Shown: positions 17,426 through 26,463, counted from the first letter of the stretch. The stretch is 32,000 bases of DNA from Candidatus Korarchaeum cryptofilum OPF8 (GCF_000019605.1 NC_010482.1:660001-692000); one strand, 5' to 3'. Notes: generated from the letters alone by a model not told the origin. Numbers and translations are program-made.

Positions 17426-19123
17426 ATGCGAAAAATTGAGAAAATATTCAGGTTCAATAAGATAGATAATTCATGGGTCCCGAAGCTCATACTCGGCGAT
17501 GTGAGGGAAGTGCTCCCCCGCCTCCCGGATAATTTCATCGATTGCGTTATCACCTCCCCGCCGTATTGGATGCAGAGGGACTACGGGCATCCGGATCAGA
17601 TAGGTAGGGAGGGGACGCCGGAGGAATACGTTAAAACAATAGCTGATATATTTGAACTCATTCGGCCAAAGCTAAAAAGAACAGCGACGATCTTTCTCAA
17701 TGTTGGTTACAAATATTTAAACGAACGCCTCATTCTTATCCCTGAAATGATAGCTTTAGAGATGGAAAGGAGGGGTTTCTTACTGAGGAATAAGATAATC
17801 TGGTGGAAGCCTAATGCGATGCCTACTCCCGCTAGGAACAGGCTCAACAATGTATACGAGCCAGTCCTCTTTTTTATCAGGGACGACGGCAAGGAAGTAT
17901 ACTATTTCAACCTCGAGGAGATATCACCAAAGAGCAGGACGCTCGATCATTACGCTAATTTGTTTTCCTTCACTCCACAGGAATTAATAGGCGTTAGAGC
18001 GATAGATTCTCTCTCAGGGAGGGAGACTAAAGAAGGTAAAGTTATTGGAGTCAGATTCACTCAAAAGAAGATCCTTGAGGTCCTGATTCAATGGGAAGAT
18101 GGGGCCGAATGGTTGCCCTTCGGCGACCCGCTGAAGAACTACCCCGAGAGGATAAGCTTCTCATGCCCTGAATGCGGGGCCTCGATAAACGAATGGGACA
18201 TAAGACTATCCTTCGCGAATCTAGGGGAAATGATATGCCCGGAATGCGGAGCATTGCTCTGCTCAGATCCCGAGACATTTCCGATACCATCGTTCCCGAA
18301 TTCTCCATACGAGGGCCCACAAGAGATAAAAGAAATAATAGACCCATCCGTTAAAATAAAAAAATATGTCACAAAAATCCCGAGAAACAGTAAATTCGTG
18401 AGGGCTGAATTGGATAAGATCCTCACAGCTTCTCCCGCTGGGAGGCTCGCGGTCCAGGGGGAGTACATCTCGATCAAGCGCAGATGGGAAGCTCCCCAGC
18501 CCTTAATAGCAAAATTTTTAAGATATTGGAGGAACCTCAAAAGAGTATCAATAGAAGATATAGATATAGAGTTAGGTTACTCTTACACAGCGGGACACTG
18601 GTTTAGACTCGACTTCGGTTGGTGGGGGAAGGGGGGCTCCGTACCGCGACCCGGTGATTGGGGCCGCCTGAAGAAACTGCTAGGCTTCAACGACATCTAT
18701 GATAAATTAGTTACTGAAAGGGTGGCAGTGCTTCAGACAGTTAAACCTCATGAAACGGGGAAAAATCCCGGGGATGTTCAGGGGATTGAGGTGGAGGAGA
18801 TACTCGAAGATTTCAAGAGGAATTATGAGATAATGGGAGAAGCCGGGGATATTTGGAAGATAAAACTCGAGCCCTATCCGGAGGCCCATTTCTCAATCTT
18901 TCCGACGAAATTAGTTGAGACAGCTATGCGTATGGGCTGCCCGCCGAGAGGTGTCGTTTTGGATCCCTTCGCGGGCTCTGGGACAGTTGGGGAAGTGGCT
19001 ATGAGGCTCAATAGAAAGGCTATTTTGATAGAGTTGACCCCCGAATTCGCTGATCTCATTAGAAAGAGATGCGGAGGGAAGGTTGAAATTATAAGCTATG
19101 AGGATCTAGTTAATGCGAAGTAG
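17426..19123 (+). CDS. beta-class N4-cytosine/N6-adenine DNA methyltransferase with about 300-aa central insertion containing a 4-Cys zinc ribbon
   Basis: 565 aa. Motif IV ITSPPY (17555..17566 encodes SPPY) lies N-terminal. Motif I VLDPFAGSGT and HFSIFPTKL lie C-terminal, the IV-then-I order of the beta class. CPECG(x21)CPECG is encoded at 18164..18262. Confidence 0.85.
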   Translation: MRKIEKIFRFNKIDNSWVPKLILGDVREVLPRLPDNFIDCVITSPPYWMQRDYGHPDQIGREGTPEEYVKTIADIFELIRPKLKRTATIFLNVGYKYLNERLILIPEMIALEMERRGFLLRNKIIWWKPNAMPTPARNRLNNVYEPVLFFIRDDGKEVYYFNLEEISPKSRTLDHYANLFSFTPQELIGVRAIDSLSGRETKEGKVIGVRFTQKKILEVLIQWEDGAEWLPFGDPLKNYPERISFSCPECGASINEWDIRLSFANLGEMICPECGALLCSDPETFPIPSFPNSPYEGPQEIKEIIDPSVKIKKYVTKIPRNSKFVRAELDKILTASPAGRLAVQGEYISIKRRWEAPQPLIAKFLRYWRNLKRVSIEDIDIELGYSYTAGHWFRLDFGWWGKGGSVPRPGDWGRLKKLLGFNDIYDKLVTERVAVLQTVKPHETGKNPGDVQGIEVEEILEDFKRNYEIMGEAGDIWKIKLEPYPEAHFSIFPTKLVETAMRMGCPPRGVVLDPFAGSGTVGEVAMRLNRKAILIELTPEFADLIRKRCGGKVEIISYEDLVNAK

Positions 19124-19178
19124 CAGTTTAGATATATGAGTTAGAGCGAATAAATCGTAATGTAAAAAAGAGGGGAGA

Positions 19179-20813
19179 TTACTCCGGAGGGAGCTCCTTC
19201 CATGCTAGATCTATATCTATGCCCTCCTTCTTGTTCTTCCACCTCCAGTAGTACCACCATAGGACCCCGCCTATCCATACGAATAGGAAGGCTATGATGC
19301 CCTCTATCGTTATGGCTCCCAGCTCCGGCGTAGTGTAGTAATAGTACTCCACTATCCCTATGTTTATCAGATCAATTACAGCGGCTATCGATACTATAGG
19401 TATGCCGGCCAGGACCCAGTTCTTATAGGGAGAGGTCTCCCATATCGATCTCACTTTCTTCCTGAATGGGAATATCAGAGCAGCTATTGCCGTCATGAGC
19501 CAGAAGGATATGCCCTCGGTAGCAGGGCAATCTAAGAATGAGAGAGGGCTGGCTCCGCTCAGTATATTGTAAGCTATGCCGATCTGGGATGTCACGTAGA
19601 AGAATATCAGGTTCTTGACTGGAGATGCCCACTTGGGATGAACTTCAGAGAACCACTTGGGCCCCATCCTGTCCATGCCCCACGCTACGGCTATCCTGCT
19701 TGCGAAAACGAAATCCAAAACTGAGTATATGTAGATGTTCAGGGCGAAGCTGAGGAACATCATCACAGCTAATGCTATACCTAGCGGACTGCTCGTGTCT
19801 ATGAACACCCTGAGGATCCCCATGAAGTTCGGTGGGAAGGGCATTTTGTAGCCCTCGATACCGACGTTATTAGCAACTGCCAAAGCGTACATGAATTCCT
19901 TCCCGACGACCGCAGGATATATCAGTGAGAAAGCGAAAACTATTATTGCCGGCCCGAGGACTGAGGCTATTTGAGCTATCATTATGTTCCTCTGGGGCCT
20001 CTTTATCTCCCCTCCTATTATGTTTATCTCGACCCCGTAGCGAGTCCACCAGGAGTGGACAGCCACCAAGCCGAATGTACCAACAATGAGCCCTGCCATA
20101 GGAGCGAAAACCCTTGGATCAGCTTGCATAGCTGCCTTGATCATGCTATCGTAATCCAGGGATCCGTACTTAGCTGCGAGGCTGTTCCATGAACTTATGA
20201 ACTCAGCCTGGCTGTGCGTACCTATGACGAAACCTATCAGTATGAGGAAGACTGTAGATAGAGTTGCCAGTATCCTCTGATGAATTAGATATATCCTGAG
20301 ACCGAAGAGCGTGAATAGGAATGCTATAGTTCTCACTATAGTGGCTATTATGAACTTACCATACGGGGAGGCGCACCACTCAGCCGCTTCACGCATATCT
20401 AGCATACCGAAGAGCGTAGTCAATCCGGGATCAGCCACCCAAGGAGATAAAATCACGCCCCAGAGCCACCAGATGAAATAATCAGCGAAACTGACGGCCA
20501 TCCCTATCGCTGGATGCAGTATCCTGCTGTTATAGACGTAGCTACCTCCACTCCTGGGCATAGATGCCCCTAGGATGCCCCAGGTCAGGGCGGCTCCGAA
20601 GACACCTAGAGCTGTAGCTATCCATATCGAGCTCAGCAGATCCCCGGATGGGAAGAGCCATATTCCCCAAGCGAATACAGTCAATAAAGCTGTAGGAGGA
20701 CCCTGATTCATGAATCCAACATAGAAAGCATCTAAAAGACTGGCTTCCCTTACTAGACCGCTCGCCCTCCTCGCGAAAACTTCCTTAGGCACTACATCCT
20801 TTGAATCGGACAT
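19179..20813 (-). CDS. APC-superfamily amino acid/polyamine permease
   Basis: 544 aa, about 12-13 TM. Carries an MPRSGGSYVY motif typical of APC permeases. Confidence 0.75.
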   Translation of the reverse strand: MSDSKDVVPKEVFARRASGLVREASLLDAFYVGFMNQGPPTALLTVFAWGIWLFPSGDLLSSIWIATALGVFGAALTWGILGASMPRSGGSYVYNSRILHPAIGMAVSFADYFIWWLWGVILSPWVADPGLTTLFGMLDMREAAEWCASPYGKFIIATIVRTIAFLFTLFGLRIYLIHQRILATLSTVFLILIGFVIGTHSQAEFISSWNSLAAKYGSLDYDSMIKAAMQADPRVFAPMAGLIVGTFGLVAVHSWWTRYGVEINIIGGEIKRPQRNIMIAQIASVLGPAIIVFAFSLIYPAVVGKEFMYALAVANNVGIEGYKMPFPPNFMGILRVFIDTSSPLGIALAVMMFLSFALNIYIYSVLDFVFASRIAVAWGMDRMGPKWFSEVHPKWASPVKNLIFFYVTSQIGIAYNILSGASPLSFLDCPATEGISFWLMTAIAALIFPFRKKVRSIWETSPYKNWVLAGIPIVSIAAVIDLINIGIVEYYYYTTPELGAITIEGIIAFLFVWIGGVLWWYYWRWKNKKEGIDIDLAWKELPPE

Positions 20814-20866
20814 GTAGCGACCCCCGGGATGCGGTTCCCGTTCCTCTAACCTCTTTAATTTAAACT

Positions 20867-21889
20867 TTACTTATCATTGAAGCTGCTCAGGAACTCCTTG
20901 AGCTGTAAAAATATTTTATACTGTCTCGTCCCCTCCTCCAGTTCGCCCCCGACCCCCTCGCCTCCCATGCCCGAGATACCCTTGAGGAAGGAGGGCAGCC
21001 CCTTCCTCAGCCCGATCGAGTATCCTCCCTCCAGTATGACAGCGAACCCCTTTACACCCCAGTTCTCACCCAACTCCTTCAGGAGGTTCCCCATCCTCCA
21101 GTAAGCCCTTGAGCTCAGGCTTATGTACCCCATCCCCTCCCCGGCATATGCATCGAAGCCGGCCGAAATTACGAAAGCTTTGGGCCTGAATTTCTCCATC
21201 AGGAAATTCAATATGTCCTCCAGCATGAAGATATATCCCTTATCTCCGGTCTCCGGGTATACCGGGATATTGACCTTAGTCCCCCTAGCCGCCCCTCCCC
21301 CGAGGTCGTTGGGCCATCCAGTGCCTGGATATTCGAAGGCATCATGGATATCGATGTGCAGAACCTCAGGATTGTACCATAATATCTCCTGAGTCCCATT
21401 ACCATGATGAAGGTCGAAGTCGAGTATCGCCACTGGCATCACGCCTCTCCTCACGAGTTCTATAGCAGCTATGGCTGCATTATTGAATATGCAGAAGCCA
21501 AGTGTCCTGCAACCCATAGCGGCTCCGCTCCTCCCCGCATGATGTCCCGGAGGCCTAGCCAGGGATATTGAGAGGAATTCCCCTCTGGCTACTCTATCAG
21601 CGGCCTCTACAGCGCAGCTCGCTGCTGCCAGGGCCGCTTCGAAAGTCCCCTCCGTGGAGTAAGTATCCGCGTCTATGTAGCCCTTCCCCCTCCCCCTTAT
21701 GTACTCTATGTAAGCCCTCTCGTGGACGATCGTCAGTATCTCAGCATCCCTCATACCTGGATCCACTATATTGGGCTCCAATCCTTCCTCCTTCATTCCC
21801 TTTATCGCTATCTCTATCCTCTCAGGTCTCTCAGGATGATAAGAAGGGGGGCAATGCATCTTATGAACGCTCGGGACCAGCGCGTCCAT
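20867..21889 (-). CDS. histone deacetylase-family (arginase fold) deacetylase / acetylpolyamine amidohydrolase-like
   Basis: 340 aa. Motifs RPPGHHA, DFDLHHGNGTQ, SAGFDAYAGE and EGGY. TATA-like ttataa lies about 25 nt upstream of the ATG. Confidence 0.85.
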   Translation of the reverse strand: MDALVPSVHKMHCPPSYHPERPERIEIAIKGMKEEGLEPNIVDPGMRDAEILTIVHERAYIEYIRGRGKGYIDADTYSTEGTFEAALAAASCAVEAADRVARGEFLSISLARPPGHHAGRSGAAMGCRTLGFCIFNNAAIAAIELVRRGVMPVAILDFDLHHGNGTQEILWYNPEVLHIDIHDAFEYPGTGWPNDLGGGAARGTKVNIPVYPETGDKGYIFMLEDILNFLMEKFRPKAFVISAGFDAYAGEGMGYISLSSRAYWRMGNLLKELGENWGVKGFAVILEGGYSIGLRKGLPSFLKGISGMGGEGVGGELEEGTRQYKIFLQLKEFLSSFNDK

Positions 21890-22077
21890 ATGGGTTATAG
21901 GGGCGCTACCTTATAACTGAAAACCTCTAGGGCGGGATGAGGGAGCCTCGAGCCATCGGACCTCCAGATGAGGCCGGAAGCGTAAAGCTCCATCTAAACG
22001 GGGAAGTTTCTACCTTTAGGGCGGAGTAGCTAGCATCTGCACTGCAAGCTTATATATTGGAGCTCTAAGCCCCCTCT

Positions 22078-22725
22078 ATGCTAGGCACAATAATCAACGC
22101 TTTGGCCGTGATATCGGGTTCCTCATTAGGGCTGCTGATGAGGAGGAGCATAGGGGAGGATCTTAAGGGCAAATTATTGAGCGTAATAGGGCTCTTCACC
22201 TTATACCTTGGTGCGGATATGATGCTGAGGGCAGATAAGCCACTAGGCCTCATAATAGGCCTCCTCCTGGGTACTTACATAGGACATATTATGAAGCTGG
22301 ATGAGAGGCTCGAGAGACTCTCTAATATCAGAGAGAAATCTGCTGACGGTCTCCTAGTCCCATTCCTAACTTTCTGCATAGGTCCCATGACCGTAATAGG
22401 GTCGCTCAGGGACGGTATGGGGGATCCATCCATAATATTAGCTAAATCCGTCATGGACGGCTTCAGCTCAATAGCATTCGCTTCAGCCTTCGGTTTCAGC
22501 GTATTACTCTCAGCCATACCCCTCCTCCTGTTCCAGGGATCCCTCTCCTTACTCGGGAGGTTCATAGGCAATTCCCTGCCCCTATCAGCCTTGGGGGAGA
22601 TGACAGCGGCCGGAGGTATCATACTGCTCGGACTCGCCCTCAGGATCCTCGGAATTAAGAGGATGAACGTCGCAGATATGCTGCCCAGCCTCTTAATAGC
22701 TCCCCTGATATCCCAATTCCTCTGA
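22078..22725 (+). CDS. DUF554 (YqgA/YdfK-like) membrane protein
   Basis: 215 aa. The N-terminus MLGTIINALAVISGSSLGLL and overall hydrophobic pattern are typical of DUF554. TATA-like cttatatatt lies about 24 nt upstream. Confidence 0.7.
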   Translation: MLGTIINALAVISGSSLGLLMRRSIGEDLKGKLLSVIGLFTLYLGADMMLRADKPLGLIIGLLLGTYIGHIMKLDERLERLSNIREKSADGLLVPFLTFCIGPMTVIGSLRDGMGDPSIILAKSVMDGFSSIAFASAFGFSVLLSAIPLLLFQGSLSLLGRFIGNSLPLSALGEMTAAGGIILLGLALRILGIKRMNVADMLPSLLIAPLISQFL

Positions 22726-22765
22726 AAATTAGCTGGCTGTAGGAGGGGATGGAATTGAGTATCAT

Positions 22766-24346
22766 TCAGGAGCAGCTCTCAAGGATCTCCCTCAGGCTCA
22801 GCACCATCTTCCCTCCGGTTATCCTCTTCCCCATCTCTATTAAGCTCGTCTCCCTTATCTTCCCAGCCCTCAAGTAGTCCTCATTAGCTAGGACGCTCCT
22901 CGTAGGGCCATCAGCTATAATGCGACCGTTCGAGAGTATTATGGTCCTATCTGTGTACTCCACAGCCAGATCGGTATCATGCGTTATTATTATGAGGGTC
23001 TTAACGCTCCCGAATAACCCCATTATGAAGTCCATGAATTGAGTATAGCTAGCGTAATCCTGCCCCGCCGTGGGCTCATCCAATATCAGTATCTTGGGCC
23101 TCATAGTTAGTATGGAGGCTACGGAAATCCTCTTCTTCTCCCCGTGGCTGGTGGCGAAGGGGGAGTACTTGAGTAGATGCTCCAGCCCGCACTTCGCCGA
23201 TGCTTCCATCACCCTCTCCCTCACCTCATCGCTCCCGACCCCAAGATTTCTGGGTCCGTAGGAGAGCTCCTCCTCAACGCTTCTGGCGAAGAGCATGCTG
23301 AAAGGATCCTGGAATACCAAGCCGACGTAATTTGCTAGCTCATAGACCTCCCTCTCCCTGGTGTCCATCCCGTAGACTAAGATCCTTCCCCTCCTGGGCT
23401 TCAGTATGCCCAATATCAGCTTAGCCAAAGTGCTCTTCCCAGCCCCGTTATTACCGAGCAGAGCTATCCTCTCCCCCTCCCTTATCTCAAGATTCACATC
23501 CTTTAGAGCTTCCTTACCGTCGTAATCGAAGCTGACCCCTTCCATTTTGATTGAGATCTGACCTAGCTCCCTCCTCTCGCTCCTCACCCTCAATTCCCCG
23601 CACTCCTCAATTAGCACCCTTGAAGGCACCTTTATCACTCCAAAAAGGTCTTTCAGCTCCCTCTCTTCCCTCATTTCCCTCAATATCTTTCCATTTTCCA
23701 TGAAGATTATTCTATCTACACCTACATCCAATATCTCCTCCGTCCTGTGCTCAGCTATGACCAAAGTTTTGCCCCTATCCTTCATCATCCTGATCTGCTC
23801 CTGAACTAACCTCACCCCCTCACTGTCCAGGTTAGCTAAGGGCTCGTCCATCAGTATTACAGGAGGATCCAGAGCCAATATGCCGGCTATAGCGATCCTC
23901 TGCTTCTCCCCTCCGCTCAACTCATTCACATCCCTCCCCCTGAGATGAAGAGCGTTCACGCTCCTCAGGGAGCTCTCGACTCTAGCTATAGCTTGATCCC
24001 TGGGGAAGCATAGGTTGCAGGGACCGAAGGCCACATCATCCTCGACGTTCGGCAGGACCAGCTGCTTCCCCACTTCCTGCATTACGGTACCGACCAGCCT
24101 GGAGAGGTGTGAGAGGCTCGCCCCCCTCACTAAAGTGCCGAGAACTTCAACCTCGCCCTCATAATGGCCCTCGTATCTGTTCGGTATTAGACCATTTATC
24201 GCTTTTATCAGAGTCGATTTGCCGCTCCCGCTCCTGCCAGCTAAGAGTACAGTTTCTCCCTCCTCTATCCTCATGCTCACTTTCCTCAGGGCCGGTTCCT
24301 CCTTGTTCGCGTACCTGAAAGTGAGATCCCTGACCTCTACCGCCAC
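22766..24346 (-). CDS. fused double-NBD ABC ATPase (ECF/CbiO-like)
   Basis: 526 aa. NBD1 has Walker A GRSGSGKST, signature LSGGEKQR and Walker B ILMDEP. NBD2 has Walker A GNNGAGKST, degenerate signature TSHGEKKR (23129..23152) and Walker B LILDEP. GTG start. Confidence 0.85.
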   Translation of the reverse strand: MAVEVRDLTFRYANKEEPALRKVSMRIEEGETVLLAGRSGSGKSTLIKAINGLIPNRYEGHYEGEVEVLGTLVRGASLSHLSRLVGTVMQEVGKQLVLPNVEDDVAFGPCNLCFPRDQAIARVESSLRSVNALHLRGRDVNELSGGEKQRIAIAGILALDPPVILMDEPLANLDSEGVRLVQEQIRMMKDRGKTLVIAEHRTEEILDVGVDRIIFMENGKILREMREERELKDLFGVIKVPSRVLIEECGELRVRSERRELGQISIKMEGVSFDYDGKEALKDVNLEIREGERIALLGNNGAGKSTLAKLILGILKPRRGRILVYGMDTREREVYELANYVGLVFQDPFSMLFARSVEEELSYGPRNLGVGSDEVRERVMEASAKCGLEHLLKYSPFATSHGEKKRISVASILTMRPKILILDEPTAGQDYASYTQFMDFIMGLFGSVKTLIIITHDTDLAVEYTDRTIILSNGRIIADGPTRSVLANEDYLRAGKIRETSLIEMGKRITGGKMVLSLREILESCS

Positions 24347-24367
24347 ACCGGAGGGTTGAAAGGATCC

Positions 24368-24402
24368 TTAAAAAGCTTGCCCCGCTATACCTTTTTAATT
24401 TT
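24368..24402. promoter_or_regulatory. pair of divergent TATA-like boxes for the ABC ATPase (minus) and GT2 (plus) genes
   Basis: ttaaaaag (24368..24375) is about 27 nt from GTG 24346 on the minus strand. tttttaatttt (24392..24402) is about 24 nt from ATG 24421 on the plus strand. Confidence 0.5.
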
Positions 24403-24420
24403 CGGTCGTATCCAACGCCG

Positions 24421-25317
24421 ATGAAAGCTGCCCTCATACCGGCCTACAACGAGGAAGCTAGGATAGCTCCTGTCATAGTGAAGGCCAGGAGGCACGTTGA
24501 TTTAGTAATAGTTTGCGATGATGGTTCCGATGACCTAACAGGGGAAATAGCTAGAAGCTTAGGGGCTGAGGTCGTTAGGCATGAGAGGAACATGGGTTAC
24601 GGGGCCGCCCTCCTTACCCTATTCAAGAAAGCGCTGGAGATGAACGTGAGTCTCGCGGTCACGATAGATGCAGATGGCCAGCACGATCCCGATCTCATCC
24701 CTGCTCTCTTCAAGCCCATAGAGGAGGGGAGAGCCGATTTCGTGATAGGTTCGAGGTTCATGGAGGGGAGCTCGACTCCCGGCATCTCCCCCTTCAGGAA
24801 GCTGGCTCTGAAGATCCTCAACTTCCTGGGCAGGAGGGCTACGGAGCTGAGAGTATCCGATACCCAGAGCGGGATGAGGGCTTACTCGAGGAGGGCCCTC
24901 GAGATAGCTGCCGGGGCTATAGAGAGGGGGATGGGCGTGAGCCTCGGGATACTGAGGGAACTGAGCAGCCACGGGCTCAGGGTAGCTGAGGTGCCGATAA
25001 GTGTCAGCTACATAGGGAGCAAGTCCTCGAAGAATCCCGTTTTGCACTTCTCCGAGCTTATAGCCACGATACTGAGGATCGTACTGGAGGAGAGGCCCCT
25101 CCTCTACCTCGGGGTCCCCGGGGCTGCCATGCTAATCGTAAGCCTATACTTCGGCCTCTTCCTCCTCAACCTCTACTTCTCCACGAGGTACTTCAGCGTT
25201 CCCATGGCTTTCATCTCCCTGGGCTCCCTCATGCTGGGGATAATACTCATAATAGCCGCCCTGCAGCTTTACTCGATAGCTAGGATAAGGGCCGAGCTGA
25301 GGAAGATCAGGCGCTAA
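24421..25317 (+). CDS. family 2 glycosyltransferase (dolichyl-phosphate sugar synthase-like) with 2 C-terminal TM helices
   Basis: 298 aa. Motifs IPAYNEE, VIVCDDGSDD and DADGQHDP. Hydrophobic C-terminal hairpin. Confidence 0.8.
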   Translation: MKAALIPAYNEEARIAPVIVKARRHVDLVIVCDDGSDDLTGEIARSLGAEVVRHERNMGYGAALLTLFKKALEMNVSLAVTIDADGQHDPDLIPALFKPIEEGRADFVIGSRFMEGSSTPGISPFRKLALKILNFLGRRATELRVSDTQSGMRAYSRRALEIAAGAIERGMGVSLGILRELSSHGLRVAEVPISVSYIGSKSSKNPVLHFSELIATILRIVLEERPLLYLGVPGAAMLIVSLYFGLFLLNLYFSTRYFSVPMAFISLGSLMLGIILIIAALQLYSIARIRAELRKIRR

Positions 25318-25769
25318 CCCCTCAACTTCCCAATTATCTCCGAGATGAGGGAGTTCAGGGAGTTGAGCTGACCCGGTATCTCCTCCTTCGAGGCCCAGGG
25401 ATCGACCCAGCTGATGTTGATCCCGTCGTAGGAAAGGGAATAGGAGAAGAAGTCTGCTACACCTTCCTTGGGCTTATACTCAACGCTACCGATGGCCCTC
25501 AATTCCTCCAAGATCTTTTGAAGGGCTCTCATATCCTCCTCACTCACCTTCCCCTTGATCACTTGATTCTTGGAGCTGAGAATGGCCTCCCCATCTTCGT
25601 ATATCACGAGCTTATCCGCGAAGCCCGCTACACCGCCGCTCCTAGTGTAAGTTAAGACGGGCTCCTTCCCCCTCTCCACTATGAAGTAGGCCAGTATGAT
25701 TACGGAGGCGGAGATCAGGATCAACAAGAAGATTATGGCCCATCTGGGGGCTCCTATCCAGTGGAACAT
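25314..25769 (-). CDS. membrane-anchored hypothetical protein, possibly emfourin-like domain
   Basis: 151 aa. N-terminal TM (WAIIFLLILISASVIILAYFIV) followed by LTYTRSGGVAGFADKLVIYEDGEA. This resembles the RSGGFAG...DG core I recall for emfourin (protealysin-inhibitor) family proteins. Confidence 0.4.
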   Translation of the reverse strand: MFHWIGAPRWAIIFLLILISASVIILAYFIVERGKEPVLTYTRSGGVAGFADKLVIYEDGEAILSSKNQVIKGKVSEEDMRALQKILEELRAIGSVEYKPKEGVADFFSYSLSYDGINISWVDPWASKEEIPGQLNSLNSLISEIIGKLRG

Positions 25770-25823
25770 ACATCATCGATGGGAAGGGCAATAAAAAGAT
25801 ATTTCACTCTGAGGCGAATGCAC

Positions 25824-25964
25824 TCAATCCCTGCGTTCTAGTTGAGAATGGTAGACAAGCTCATTTAAAAACGGGAGGAATTCCCTCCCAATGATTCTTG
25901 TCTTCCCAACTCCTTCATCGAGCTCCGATCTTTGATCCAAGAGAACCTGTCTTATCCTAATCAT
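25824..25964 (-). CDS. small hypothetical ORF (46 aa), candidate leaderless transcript from the palindromic TATA element
   Basis: Hand-translated as MIRIRQVLLDQRSELDEGVGKTRIIGREFLPFLNELVYHSQLERRD. It is below the track length cutoff. Its ATG at 25964 lies about 25 nt from the centre of the palindrome at 25975..26004. Confidence 0.25.
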   Translation of the reverse strand: MIRIRQVLLDQRSELDEGVGKTRIIGREFLPFLNELVYHSQLERRD

Positions 25965-25974
25965 TCTAAGTGGT

Positions 25975-26004
25975 ATTGCGAAGTTTATATATAAACTTCG
26001 CAAT
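25975..26004. promoter_or_regulatory. perfect 30-bp palindrome containing a symmetric TATA box (attgcgaagtttatatataaacttcgcaat)
   Basis: I verified by hand that the 30-mer equals its own reverse complement. The core tttatatataaa reads as an archaeal TATA box in both directions, flanked by GC-containing arms ttgcgaag/cttcgcaa. Confidence 0.6.
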
Positions 26005-26224
26005 GGTAGTGCGAATAACCATGTTCAATGCCCTCTCATTGGCACTCCCTTCCTGCGATCTCTATCTTGATCTCATCGAAATCTCCATCTTCTCCCCGGT
26101 GAGCTCAGAAAGATAAACTCATGGCTCCGTGGCATTCGTACAGTTTTCCTCTATCCCTCATTCGATAGTAGCGATCTGACTCCCTAACGGTGCCTTATTT
26201 CCCTTCCCTGAATTTAGCTAACTA

Positions 26225-26431
26225 TTATCCAATTCCAACTTCCCTTTTTAGGTGTAGGACTTCCTCTTTGAGACCGAATTTCTCCCCAAGTCTCTCCACC
26301 TCGTCCCATTCGATTCTAATCCCTCTCAACCTTTCCACGGAGATTGGCCTTATCCCCCTAGCCGCTTCTAACGCAGCATAGGCCTCAACGGTGAGGGAGA
26401 TGAATCCCCTCCCCCACCTGCTCACCTCCAC
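26225..26431 (-). CDS. hypothetical protein, possibly the C-terminal part of a frameshifted nucleotidyltransferase-like gene
   Basis: 68-aa GTG-initiated ORF. Its frame is open upstream to 26503 and overlaps the 3' end of ORF 26464..26748 in a different frame. Confidence 0.3.
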   Translation of the reverse strand: MEVSRWGRGFISLTVEAYAALEAARGIRPISVERLRGIRIEWDEVERLGEKFGLKEEVLHLKREVGIG

Positions 26432-26463
26432 TATCTGATCCGGGAATACCGATAGGGGATCCC

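Noticed and set aside
18139-18540. 133-aa minus-strand ORF and several 60-96-aa ORFs antisense to, or out of frame within, the DNA methyltransferase gene
   Set aside because: They sit entirely inside a well-supported CDS with both catalytic motifs and have no recognisable domains. I treat them as shadow ORFs.
21925-22040. About 115 nt between the HDAC and DUF554 promoters, with repeated tagggcgg and gatgagg words, as a possible small RNA
   Set aside because: I found no convincing stem-loops or box motifs. The repeats are short (7-8 nt) and could be chance.
24619-25047. 142-aa minus-strand ORF antisense to the GT2 gene; similar cases at 11023..11367, 22275..22622, 21568..21900 and 8641..8931
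   Set aside because: Each lies antisense within a confidently identified gene. The Pro/Arg/Ser-rich products are typical of the reverse frames of GC-rich codons.
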